Shown here in pieces: positions 12,581-23,491 of a stretch of DNA of 64,000 bases. Below the pieces are notes generated by a model, which had not been told where the DNA came from, searched no databases, and worked only from the letters and a program-made list of their open reading frames with translations. Source of the stretch: Neophaeotheca triangularis (taxonomy: Eukaryota); contig BAAIJX010000023.1 of NCBI GenBank assembly GCA_054600435.1, forward strand, positions 186,001 through 250,000, in the 5' to 3' direction. Made by a program: the position numbers and the translations under genes. The number at the start of each line of letters is the position of its first letter. Positions within the stretch are counted from its first letter, which is position 1.

Positions 12581-13399
12581 GGGCGGGGGGGTAGGAGAGG
12601 GAGGTGGAGGTACGAAGCGAGGTCGGGCGTTTGAGTCGCTGGGCCGGTCGACGGTTAGGCTTGAGGCGAGGCGCTCTCGCGGCAAAGTGGGTGGACAAAC
12701 ACGCACTCGAGCTGCTTTGCTTTGCGCTTAAGGTTGCTTTTTGGGCGTGGCTTAATCGGGTCGCTGGGCTTGGCTTATCTTAGCTTGTGGCTGCATGGCT
12801 GCATGGTGGGCGGTAGTTGGTAAGTAAACACGGAGCTGGACGACGACATTGACCTGGCTGGGCTGGGGCTGAGCTAGGGCTGAGGCTGGGCAGTTTACGA
12901 TACCCCCTTTTCGCTCTCCATTGTTCTTTTTTCTGGAAATCGGCTTGTTGGGTGGAATTGCCGGGGTTTGTTGAAGAAATCGCGAGCGAGGAGTTCGTCC
13001 ATGGGCCTGGGATTTTTTGGGTTGTCATGGTGTCGGCTGGGGAGAGGTGTTGATGTTCGAGCTGGTTTTCCTTTTTCTTGAGCAAACGAGGGAGCAACCC
13101 CCTTTGTTTTTGTTTTTTTTTTCAATAAAGCGTTTGATAATTTCCATAATCAAGAGTCTTGCGAGGGAAAAGAGGAAAAGGGGTTTATTCTACTACGACA
13201 TGTATTTCCTCTATACGGTCTTGCCCGCGGAGATGCGCAAGTGAAGAGGCCATATTGCGCGAAATGCTTCTCCATCCTACCTTTCAACTCACACGATTCA
13301 CATTCGAGAGTCGCACTATTCCCCAGCTCATTCTCGCAGCCATTTCCAACCTGACCACCCTTCTCCAGCAACAAGAAACACCCCCTACCCTACCTTATT

Positions 13400-14618
13400 C
13401 TACCCCTCAACCCCCCATCCCTCCTCCCCCAACCAGTCAAAAACCTCCCTAACCCCCGCAGCCCGGTTAGTAACCTCAGCCCCAGGCCCCTGCGGACCCG
13501 CATCCATCCTCCAGCCCACAAACCGCGTCCGCCCCTTCAAAACCTCGACGACACTGCCCCCGACCCACTCATCACACTCACAACACTTCCACATGGCGTC
13601 GGCGACCTCTTCACTCTCGACCCAGCTATCGCCCTCCCCAACGGTGAAGATCTTCTCCGGATGGTCCGTCCAGAGCGGTGTGCGTATAAGGCCTGGCGCG
13701 ACGCCATTGACGCGGATGCCCAGAGTGTCGAGTTGGGCCATGCTGCGGATGAAGCCCGACAGGCCGTGTTTGGAAGCTTGGTAGAGGGCGGTGTTGAAAC
13801 CGGGGGTTTGGGCCGCAATGGATGAGATGTGCACGATGCGTTTCGGCGTTTCCGGCGTCGCTGATGTCGGTGGGGAGGAGGTTTTGCGCGACGGGTGGAG
13901 CCAGTATTGGATTGCGAGTTGGGTTAGTCGGATCGGGTGGGTGAGGTTGATGTCGAGGGTGGCGTAGTGGCCAAGATTCTCCGTCGCCGTGCCCGTTACT
14001 GGGTCTGCGGATTTGGCTGTGCCCGGCGGGTGCCAGAAGTTGCTGAAGTGCGGTTCGTAGACCCCTGGCGTGTTGTTAGCTGGAGCGTTTGCTCGCACGC
14101 GATGGTCGTTAGTCATTGGAGCAACCTACCCGCTCCGGGCACGACAATGTCAATGCCCCCGAACTCGTCATGACAGACTTTAATCAAGTTCTGTAGATCC
14201 GTCCATTTCGTAACATCAGTTTTTATGAAGACGGCCCGGCCGGTTGAGGGAGTTGGGGTTTTGTGCGCGTCGAGGAGGGCTTGGGCTTCGGGACGGAGAG
14301 AGAGGTCGGCGAGCAGGACGTTGCAATTGTTCTTGAGAAGGAGGGCCGTGAAGGTGTAGTTGATGCCTAAAGTAGGGGAGAAGGGGTTAGTGCAGGCGCA
14401 TTCAGGTAAATAAGCGGAGCGATCAACGCAAGCGTTTAAGAGGAACTATCAGTAGGCAAAGGGAAGAGAAGTTGCAATGGGGAGTAGTAAGAGCAAGCAG
14501 AGAGGAAGAAAAGAAAAAAAAAAGACACTATTCCCATACCCGACCCAGCACCAGTAACAATAGCGCTCTTCCCACCCACCGAGAACGGGTTCTGAACAGT
14601 CGGCGTCGCCGTCGCCAT
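13400..14618 (-). CDS. Short-chain dehydrogenase/reductase, 15-hydroxyprostaglandin dehydrogenase-like (exons 14618-14540, 14366-14130, 14064-13400)
   Basis: Spliced TGAGSGIN Rossmann motif, KTDVTKW, IDIVVPGAGVYEP, ISSIA, YQASK catalytic YxxxK and IRVNGVAPG. Confidence 0.92.
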
Positions 14619-15093
14619 AGCTTTTAATTGCTGGGTAACCTGCTGGGATGCCAGTCCGCCAAAATACTGTATGAGAGACTTGCCACGGGTGTGGGTAAAC
14701 CAGACTCGAAAGGACGAAAAGGCGTAAACCAGACCAGAGAAGATGAGAGGATGAAAGGGGTTAAGCCACAGCAGAGAAGGACAAAAGGGGATAACCCAGA
14801 CCAGACAGAATAAAAGGGGTGCAAAACAGGCCAGAAAGGACTCAAAGGGCGTAAAAGAGAAGACGAAGACGAAGACGACGAGAACCAAGCAAGACGAAGT
14901 TAACAAGAAAAGTCTCCTACCTTGCACGCACTACCCTCGGGGTCATTACTGTCAGGGTTACAGCTAGGTAATGTCGGAGCATTATTATGGATTGGTTATC
15001 GCCCTACTTGCCTTCGCTTGTCCACGGGTCGAATGAATGTTACCTAGGTGCGATGTGGACACCTCAGCATCATAACTACCTACTAGTAGGTAT

Positions 15094-16404
15094 CCTCGCC
15101 GTGGAAAGTCACAGTCCCTACTAGCTCCTTAGCAAGCTTCCTACATACATACCTTTGTACTTTGATCATATATTATACAACACATAACGATCTAATACCT
15201 CTAAAAAGAACATATTCTTAACTCTAGACCCCACAAAAAAATAGGATTATTAGAGTAATCGCTTTCGCTAAGGACAAACGCCAAAAATGGACATATACGG
15301 GGATAGGCCGGCTTTTTAGGGTCTCTCGTGATTAAGTCAAATATGCCTATCAATCTACGACTAAAAGAACTTAAAAGGCTAGCGAGTTTAAAGCCGAGAA
15401 CAATCTGAAATTAACTAAGCGTGATTTGGACTATATTGCTATTATTATCGAGACTAATAGACCCGAAGGACACGACCTAAAATAGGCTAAATTAATCGAA
15501 TAATTTAGATTTAACATTTGTATGCGTACACTTAAGAATAGAATGCACGAACGCAATTTCTAGACTTTTACGCCTACTAAGAAACCCTACATAAGTCCTA
15601 AGCTCGCTACAATTCGTGTAAATTAGTGTAAATAGATGTTAGAACGATATCTAAATCCTGAGGATTAGTACTCTATCCGTTTTAGCGATAAGGTTCATTT
15701 TAGGTAGGGCCTTAAGGGCAAAACTCTTATTATTTGTCGCTAAGGGGTTAAGGAATAAGGCTATCCTAACAATATTCAACGAAAAGAGATATAAGATGAA
15801 GAATTAAAAAATCAAAAGCGTATCTACTTTTAGGGGGTTATTAGATATGAATTCAAGTCTTAACTCGTTTAATACAATATACCGACAAATTAAAATAGTA
15901 AGATGACTTAGGATTACTATATTAACGAGATTCTAGAGCCAATTATCGAGCTATAGTGTTATAAAACAAATGAATAGGTTCTTAAAGAAGATAGGGATTT
16001 AGGTTATAGTAAAGTAAATAATAATAATAAGGTTCAAAAATGGAAACAAGCCTATAACATTCTAAAAACAAACACGGGGCCCTATAGGTTCTATTTTAAT
16101 TGCTTATAAAGCCCGGATTTATCGATTATTAAAGATAGGTAGTTATATCTAAAGGGGTATGTCAAAAAAAGGCCACATTAGGATGATAAGATTGTAAGTG
16201 AATTAGTTTACGAGGCATAGGAACAAATCCCCCAAAACTAGATTAATGAATTAGTTGAATTAATACCTACCTGTTTACATAATTGTATACAGTCTAGGGG
16301 TTAATTAGTTCAGATGAGAGGTAATATATTGAATAGAAAGTAATCAATTAATGTTCAAATCTTGCCAAGCTCGGGGGTGCGAACTTTGACTTTCCACGGC
16401 GAGG
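15094..16404 (+). mobile_element. Tc1/mariner (IS630-Tc1, impala-sized) DNA transposon inactivated by RIP
   Basis: Perfect 18-bp TIRs CCTCGCCGTGGAAAGTCA (15094-15111) and its reverse complement (16387-16404). TA lies at 16405-16406 and at 15091-15092 (one extra T on the left). The interior is abruptly AT- and TpA-rich and encodes a decayed transposase. Confidence 0.9.
15195..16343 (+). pseudogene. DDE transposase pseudogene (about 380 codons, many RIP-type stops, motifs in one frame)
   Basis: One frame reads RFSD(K<E)VHF at 15678, L(K<E)ED(R<G)D(L<S)G(Y<H) at 15981 and SPDLSII(K<E)D(R<G)(*<W) at 16110. Each of these deviations is a TpG>TpA or CpA>TpA change. The likely start ATG is mutated to ATA at 15195. 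Confidence 0.88.
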
Positions 16405-16968
16405 TATCGTAGGCAGGAGGTGCACTGCCTTCCCTTTTCAACCAAGTTACTCCAGATACCTACCGAAGGCGAGAAGGTCGAGTGGGGAGGTTGGTGGGGT
16501 GGGGAAGCTACGAGGGGCTGGCTAGATGGGGTCGGGGAAGGAGGCCCGAGACGTGTGACCGTCGTGGCTCGCTTGACTTTCCAGTCAACAACTAACTTGT
16601 CTTTAGTATTAACCGACGCCGTGTTGATTCGAGTGTTTTGTCGGCAAATGGTAGATACGGTAGGTACGTATGTCTTTACGATTCCCCCAGCTATCCGCAT
16701 ACTACGGCGCGCCGCGCGTTGAGGAAACTAGCAGTATTTATATTCATCCCCCGTATGCTGCGAGCGAAAAACGCCATGAGAAACGCCTGCAAACCTCAAG
16801 AAGAGGTAAAAGGCTGGCTTTCCCCCCAAACCACACTCCCGTAGTTATAATTTATCCCTCTCTCCGCCGAAGATGCAACAATCGTCGTCGCCGCCAGCAA
16901 TCGAAATCTGACCGCATTATGCCGCATCGCTAATTCTGCACTATTCTCTGACTTTCTTTTCAATTCGC

Positions 16969-18282
16969 TTACGTGATGGTGTAGCCGCCGTCGACGCGGA
17001 GGTCGGCGCCTGTCACGTAGGCTGAAGCATCGCTGGAGAGGAAAGTGACGGCGCCCATGAGGTCTTCGGGACGACCCATCTTGCCTAGAGGGATCAAGCT
17101 GGTCCACTTGTTGGCGAGCTCGGGGTTGTCGTCGAGGATCTTTTTGGTGCTGTTATGTAGAGTGTCAGAAATGCAATTCAACTGCTTTCCTATGCACGTT
17201 CTCGTGTATACTCACAGTGCGGTCAACATGTAGCCAGGCGAGATGCAGTTGACGCGGATACCAGCGTGAGCCCATTCAACCGCGAAAGAGCTGGCCAAGT
17301 GACGGACTGCAGCCTTGGCCGCGTTGTAGGGTGCTTGTGGCTGAGGAACGTTGACAATCGCGCCAGACATGCTGCCGATGAAGACCATGCTGCCCGGTGC
17401 CTTGCGCTCCATCAAATGACGGGCCACGCCAACCGCGAAGAGGTATGTGCCGTCAACGTTGACACCCCATAGCTTCTTAATACGGTCGTGGGGGTACGAG
17501 ATTGCGTCGTAGTTCTCGGTGAAGCCTGCAGAGGTCACAAGGTTGTCAATGTGGCCGTGGTCGCGGATGATGGCTGCCAGGGCGGCGTTGACTGAGTCCT
17601 GGCTCGAAACGTCGGCGTAGTGTGCGGTGACCTTGGGAACCCTGTAGATCTTGCGTTAGACAGCTGCTCGCTCATAGCACGCGTGAGTGGAAGAGTTGTC
17701 TGACTTTTCGGCCCCCGGGTTCTCCTTCCTGAACGAGTCCATGAGCAGCTCAGCCTGCTTAGAAGCCTCCTCCTCTAAATTCAAGTCGTCAGCTCAATTG
17801 CAATAGCTTGCGCAAAGTGCGGCATAAAGCTCACGGTTCAAGTCGACAATAGCAACGTCGCTACCACTCAGGATCAAAGCCTGGCTCATGACCAAACCCA
17901 ATCCACGCGCGCCACCAGTCACAACGCCGACCTTGTCCTCCAAGGAGAAAGTGGACAGTGTCCTCTTGAAATGGAAACCGCCGCGACCCTGCACTGGCTT
18001 GGAAGAGGGCAGGTTTTCCTCCTCAGGGTACTCGATTTGGATGGAGTTGTCCGTACGAGAGAATTTGCCCTCGTGCTCGAACTCTCCCATCCTGCTCGCT
18101 GTGCTATAGCGGTCATGGTGGTCGCCATCGTCGTCGGGGTTGTCGTTCTTCTTGTCCAAGATCGACGGGGTAGAAGTGAAGGCGCGAGCTCCAATGCGGG
18201 AGACTGCTGGAGTGAAGGCAGGAGTACGGATTGCGGAGGCTGAGGCTCTCGTGGCCTGTCTGAGAAGGTTGTTTTGAAGCAT
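16969..18282 (-). CDS. ARD1: SDR, D-arabinitol 2-dehydrogenase-like, with N-terminal mitochondrial-type presequence (exons 18282-17835, 17774-17705, 17641-17216, 17149-16969)
   Basis: [57 protein letters not shown] and LRVDGGYT; all three introns are canonical and preserve frame. Confidence 0.9.
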
Positions 18283-21200
18283 GTTCGCGGTTTGTGTATA
18301 GAAAATGTTGTTGTTTCTGCTGAATGGAATCGTGTTAATGGAAAAGGAGCTATGGCCAAGACGCGAGGAGGATTGCCGGTTATCGCAATGCCTCCAGACC
18401 TGCTCGCTTGTCTTGGAATCGCAACTGTAACAGTTTGCTGGAGAGACTGACTTTACGCGTCCGGTGAAGGTGGCAGGTTGTCGGAATAGGATAGCTGACA
18501 AGTCGAGTTGTACAGTACGTACCTTTAGATGTCCTGGTCTACGCGCGGACGCACCCAAGAACCTTGGCTAGTGTTGTTGTCTTTTTCTATAGCTCGAGTC
18601 TTCTTCTCTCGAGGGAAGATTGGTGGTAGAGTGGAGAGGTGAAGTGGAAGTTGTAGTAAAGAAGGAAATGAAGGGAAGAAACAGGAGATGTTGGTAGTCG
18701 AATGGTTTTCTTCACAGAGGCGAGGTGCTTGTAAGAAACATTCGAGAGCCTAACTACAGTAGGTGCTCAACATGTCCACGGGTCCCTGAAAGGCTACCCA
18801 GCGTGACGTCGATGCTGTCCGAGCTTCACCTCGAGTCAGCCATCCCCGTCGTATCAGATCCTCCCAATCAACTTTCTTCATCCGGAGGTAACGCACATAC
18901 ACACACATACCTTCATGTGTTCGTCCTTGAAGAATCGATGTCGACACACAAGTCCTTACGTTGTCTACTTGGCCTGAGAGGTTCCAGGGCCCCCAGCATT
19001 CCTTCTAAGCCGCGACCAAACTCATCTCAACTAGCGATAGTGTTGCAGTCCCGGTAGGCGAAGGGTTCCGGAAAACGTATTCATGTAGGGTAAATTCATG
19101 TACATACTGAAGAAGTCTATGGCGGGAAGCAGATCCGAGAATAGCTTCTTTAACGAGAGTCAAGATGGAGAGGTGAAAGGATGAGAAGTTTTTGGGAATA
19201 TGCCTTCATAGCTTGCGGTCATTGTGCCGGCGCTTTGTTGGTGATTCTCATTTTATGAATGAGAGATAGCAAGCGACACATGAAGAAGGAAGCTGTATCG
19301 TTAGAAACTAGGCTGAGGACAGGCCTCGTCGACTAGGTGTCATTCCACAGAAGACCTGACGACTACCCCGTTGACATTTCCTTAGGGTTAGCAAGCGCCT
19401 TCGCAGGCTTCCTGTATCCTCGGGTACTCAGCCAACTCTTAAGGACCCGATTGCGACAAGAGTTCCACGTCGCACTATACCACGTTGTTCGTACGGCTCT
19501 CGACCAGAACGCCAGCTTCGTGAGGCGAACGCGTACACCAAGTCGGCAGCGCTGTGCGAGGCGGTTGAGCAGTTGGACCTAGAAGCCAGTTCGTAGACCG
19601 TCCTACAGCACTTCCTCTTGACTGAATGAACTTGACTTCTTCTTAGTCCCCGACCCTAGCCTGCTAAAGTAGCAGCCAAAGCAAGTTTCAAGGCCTATAT
19701 TGACGCTTACACAATTGTACTGCCCCCTACACGTCGATGGCGGCGAATATCACAAAGTGGGATTGGCAGATTGTATCGTGGCGTCGTTTTGTCGAAGTAG
19801 CCTGGTAGCGTTACTGATCATTGAGAACCGCTAAGCAAGTGAAGGGATCAGTACTCCCGGAACTAGTAACTAGACTACGAGCTGGTGTGGCTCCCATGAG
19901 CAATTGCTTGTGCCATGAGTTACGGTCGAAGATTGGGACGTTTGCATCCGGGAGTCGCTGAGTTGGTGCTTGTGAAAGAGTCTCGGTGAGCTTTTCATGG
20001 CAGCGAGTGAGCGAGCTTTCAATTCTGCGGCGAGATTAGGGGGGCGAAAAAGAAGGATTAGCGGTCGTAGCAATCATCTTCTTTGAGCAGTACAAACGTT
20101 CGCACACTAGCTTCGCGGAACACTTTATAGTAGTGAAGGAGTGCTGACAGTCGTGCTCGGCCAGTGGCACTTTGATAGCCAAAGCCAAATGGACGAAAAC
20201 GATGCAATTGATGATTAGTAGTAGTCTGCATTGCCTTATCATTCACCGCTCATGTTCCGACGATCAAGCCTCGGTCGGTATGGGAATAATGAGGACGACG
20301 AGAGCAAAAGCTAGGCTAACTGTGGGCTTTAACACAAAGGCTCTCCACTCAAGTGGATGAGGCCGAGGTAGGTCGTCTTTTTGGTAATATTGTTCTTTTC
20401 AATGGTGAAAATTTGGACGTTTTGAGGTTGTTTGACCTTCTCAAGGTGGTCTAAATTATAGGCAAAAGGACGAGTATGTAGAAGTACTGTAGTATTGATA
20501 GACGAGAAGAATTACACTCGCATGGAAAGAGACTCTGTAGTGTAATATAATAAGGTACTGTACGTTAGTGAAGGTTGTCGCGATACCAAGAGGCCGATAA
20601 CGGATGATTGATGTCAAGACCTTTTTGGGAATTGGAAATCGAACGAGACCGATCCACGTCCCTCGTCGCTCGTCCTCCCCCCTAGCTTAGCTACAAACTA
20701 CAACCCACCTACCTACTTTCTCCTCGTCCTGCACACGCGCAACCAAAGATTTCTTTCCTTCTTTCCTCTGAGCAACACACCCGACACCGTCACCTTCCTT
20801 GCTCCTGGAACACGCTTGCCGCCATTTCATCGCGTCCCTTTGCTACGCTGTGTCGCACAAAAAGGCCTGCTTCGAATTCGATCAGATAACCTCAGTCAGC
20901 GCGCGCGAGTGGCTGTCTTGACTTGCTATCAGATCATCGCGTTGAAGACGACTGCAACATCACATCATCACGCCCAACTACCTTAACTTACTACCAGACG
21001 ACCGGTAAGCAGCACCTATTACTAGTACCTTGCCTTACTACTACTACTGTACCTCTGCTCGTACTTTGTACTTGGCTACATGTCGCCTCCGTGCATGTCA
21101 TGCACAACCTGCATGCACCCGACCATCGTCCCGGTTCATCATCAGGCGCGCCATCTGCCACCTGCCATGGCCGTCGTCGGCATTGAATCGCCGTGGGATC

Positions 21201-21313
21201 TTTTTACCAATGTAGGCTCTTACTAACGATATCATCATCGTCCAGCATCCCATCGCATCCACTCCGCCTACTACATACTACATCTACCCTACTCGCCGCT
21301 CTTACTCCAAGAC

Positions 21314-23491
21314 ATGACTTCCTCAACTTCGAGGCCCGTCAACAGGAGGCACTCGTACTCGGCCTTCACCATCAAAGACCACCAACACATTCCCATTCCC
21401 AACACAACCACGAGCCACCCAGACGACCCCATCCCACACGAGCCGGCCAAACCTCGAGTCCCGACAATGTCGAGCGTGAAATCGTCCCTCACTACCGCCG
21501 CTTCAAGCCCTAGAAGTAGTGGCGAGAACCTCGGCCTCTTTGCCAGCGACGATTCTGACACTCCGTCGACACCACTTACCGAGCCCCACGATGCCGCCGT
21601 CGAGGAAGTCCGTGATAAGATTGAATCTCTGCCGACACCTACGCAAACGTCAGACGCCAACAGACCACCAAGTCCCGCGGTCACGCGAAAGAGAAGAGCG
21701 AGCACAACCTACGCGGCCAATTCCGAGGACATTCGACGAATTCTGGGCAATGGAAGCGGCGGCACAAAGTTTTTGCAAAAGTACTGCTGTGGTGAGGGTT
21801 GCTGCATGGTTGAAGGGTTTATGCCATCTCAAGCAGAACTCGACAGCACATCGCCCGTGCACCCCCCGAAAAACGACGCATTCACATACCTCAACCCCAA
21901 ACTCGGCGCACTCAATCTCGACACTCGGCTGACGAACATTGTCGAACTCCCTCAACCCAAAGTCTCTCTTGGCGGCCTCAGGAAGCAGTCAATTAGCGAA
22001 AACTTCCCAGACGAACAGCGCCATGAGCACAGCAAGGAAGCAGTGAACACATTTGCACCACACTACATGCAACCGCATCCACCTTACAACATCTTCAGCG
22101 CTCCTCTTTACGGCGCTCGACAGCTTACAAAGCCTGGTGCTGAGAAGAGGACTTTCCATTTTGACATCGACGTAACGGACTACCCCGAAGAAGGTGGGGT
22201 GGACTTCAAAGTCGGTGGTGCCGTCGGTATCTGTCCACCAAACGACCCCGATGTAGTCGAGGATATCATGGACACTCTCGGACTCCCTCGCTTCCAACGC
22301 GACAAGCCCGTCCGACTGCACACGAACGGAGGCCGATGGCCGACTATCTGGGGCGAAGAGGAAGCTCGAGAACTCGTCACGACCCGTCGAGAGCTTTTGA
22401 CTTGGACCGTCGACATTTCTTCCGCTGCACCAACCAAACCGCTTCTCAGAGTACTGGCCGAACATGCCCAAGACCCAAGCGAGAAGAAGATTCTCCTCTA
22501 CCTTTGCAGCGCTCAAGGACAAGCCGCCTTCTGTGATCTTCGCACCGGCCCCCACATCACGCTCCAACAACTCCTTCACGCCTTCCCATCCTCCAAGCCC
22601 CCTCTCCACAATCTACTTTCTGTCCTAACCCAACTCATGCCCCGCTTCTACTCCCTCTCCAACGACCCACACATTTCTTCCGCCCGCGAAGGTCTCGCCA
22701 ACCGCCGCTTAATCGAGATGGCAGTCACCATTCACGAAACTCCCTCCTTCACGGGCAATCAGCGCAGCGGCGTCGGCAGCGGCTACCTCGAACGTTTAGC
22801 ACTCCAGTTCATCGCCGCCGAAAACGCCGCTGAGCAAGCTTCCCCCGACACACACATCCCCGGCGTCGCCGGCCGCAGCCTCGACCTCCAAATCCCCATG
22901 TTCCGCGGCCTCATGGCCAACCCACTCTCCAAAGAATTCGTCTCTGATGGCCCAATGATGCTCATCGGCGCCGGCGTCGGCATGGCGCCCTTCCGCGGTT
23001 TCATCCTCAACCGGCTCAAAAACGCAAACTGCGCCAACAAGATCTGGCTGGTGCAAGGTGTCCGCGACAGCCTCCTCGACGAAATCTACTCCGGCGAACT
23101 CGGCGAACACGAAAAAGACATCAAGAAGGTCGTACAATCACGCGCCCATGCCCCTCCCCCGGCCGTTTCCGACGACACCAAGAACCTCGACCCCGCGTCG
23201 GGCGCTGTCGACCTCACGACGTCGGATGTCTCCCCCGCTGCTAGCAACGAGCGCAAAGTCGCAAAGTACGTCCAAGACGAAGTTCGACTTCAAGCTGATA
23301 TCGTGTGGTTCGTTATCAACGCTTTGGATGGGCGCATTTTTGTCTGCGGCAGTACAAAGGGTATGGGTGAGGGCGTTGAGAGGGCCCTTGTCGATGTTGC
23401 TATGGATAAAGGAGGGTTGGATTTCGAGACTGCCAAGGAGTTTTGGGAGGGGAAGAAAGGGGCTGGGCAGTATATTGCTGAGACTTGGTAG
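21314..23491 (+). CDS. FAD/NADPH-binding oxidoreductase of the cytochrome P450 reductase / methionine synthase reductase type, lacking a flavodoxin (FMN) domain
   Basis: RTFHFDID, GGAVGICPPND, PRFYSLSN (FAD), GVGSGYL, IGAGVGMAPFRGF (NADPH), KYVQD, FVCG and a terminal ETW aromatic residue; intronless 725-aa ORF. Confidence 0.88.
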   Translation: MTSSTSRPVNRRHSYSAFTIKDHQHIPIPNTTTSHPDDPIPHEPAKPRVPTMSSVKSSLTTAASSPRSSGENLGLFASDDSDTPSTPLTEPHDAAVEEVRDKIESLPTPTQTSDANRPPSPAVTRKRRASTTYAANSEDIRRILGNGSGGTKFLQKYCCGEGCCMVEGFMPSQAELDSTSPVHPPKNDAFTYLNPKLGALNLDTRLTNIVELPQPKVSLGGLRKQSISENFPDEQRHEHSKEAVNTFAPHYMQPHPPYNIFSAPLYGARQLTKPGAEKRTFHFDIDVTDYPEEGGVDFKVGGAVGICPPNDPDVVEDIMDTLGLPRFQRDKPVRLHTNGGRWPTIWGEEEARELVTTRRELLTWTVDISSAAPTKPLLRVLAEHAQDPSEKKILLYLCSAQGQAAFCDLRTGPHITLQQLLHAFPSSKPPLHNLLSVLTQLMPRFYSLSNDPHISSAREGLANRRLIEMAVTIHETPSFTGNQRSGVGSGYLERLALQFIAAENAAEQASPDTHIPGVAGRSLDLQIPMFRGLMANPLSKEFVSDGPMMLIGAGVGMAPFRGFILNRLKNANCANKIWLVQGVRDSLLDEIYSGELGEHEKDIKKVVQSRAHAPPPAVSDDTKNLDPASGAVDLTTSDVSPAASNERKVAKYVQDEVRLQADIVWFVINALDGRIFVCGSTKGMGEGVERALVDVAMDKGGLDFETAKEFWEGKKGAGQYIAETW

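Noticed and set aside
4332..23491. Hydrolase, two SDRs and reductase as a secondary-metabolite cluster
   Set aside because: There is no PKS, NRPS, terpene synthase, P450 or pathway regulator, and housekeeping genes are interleaved.
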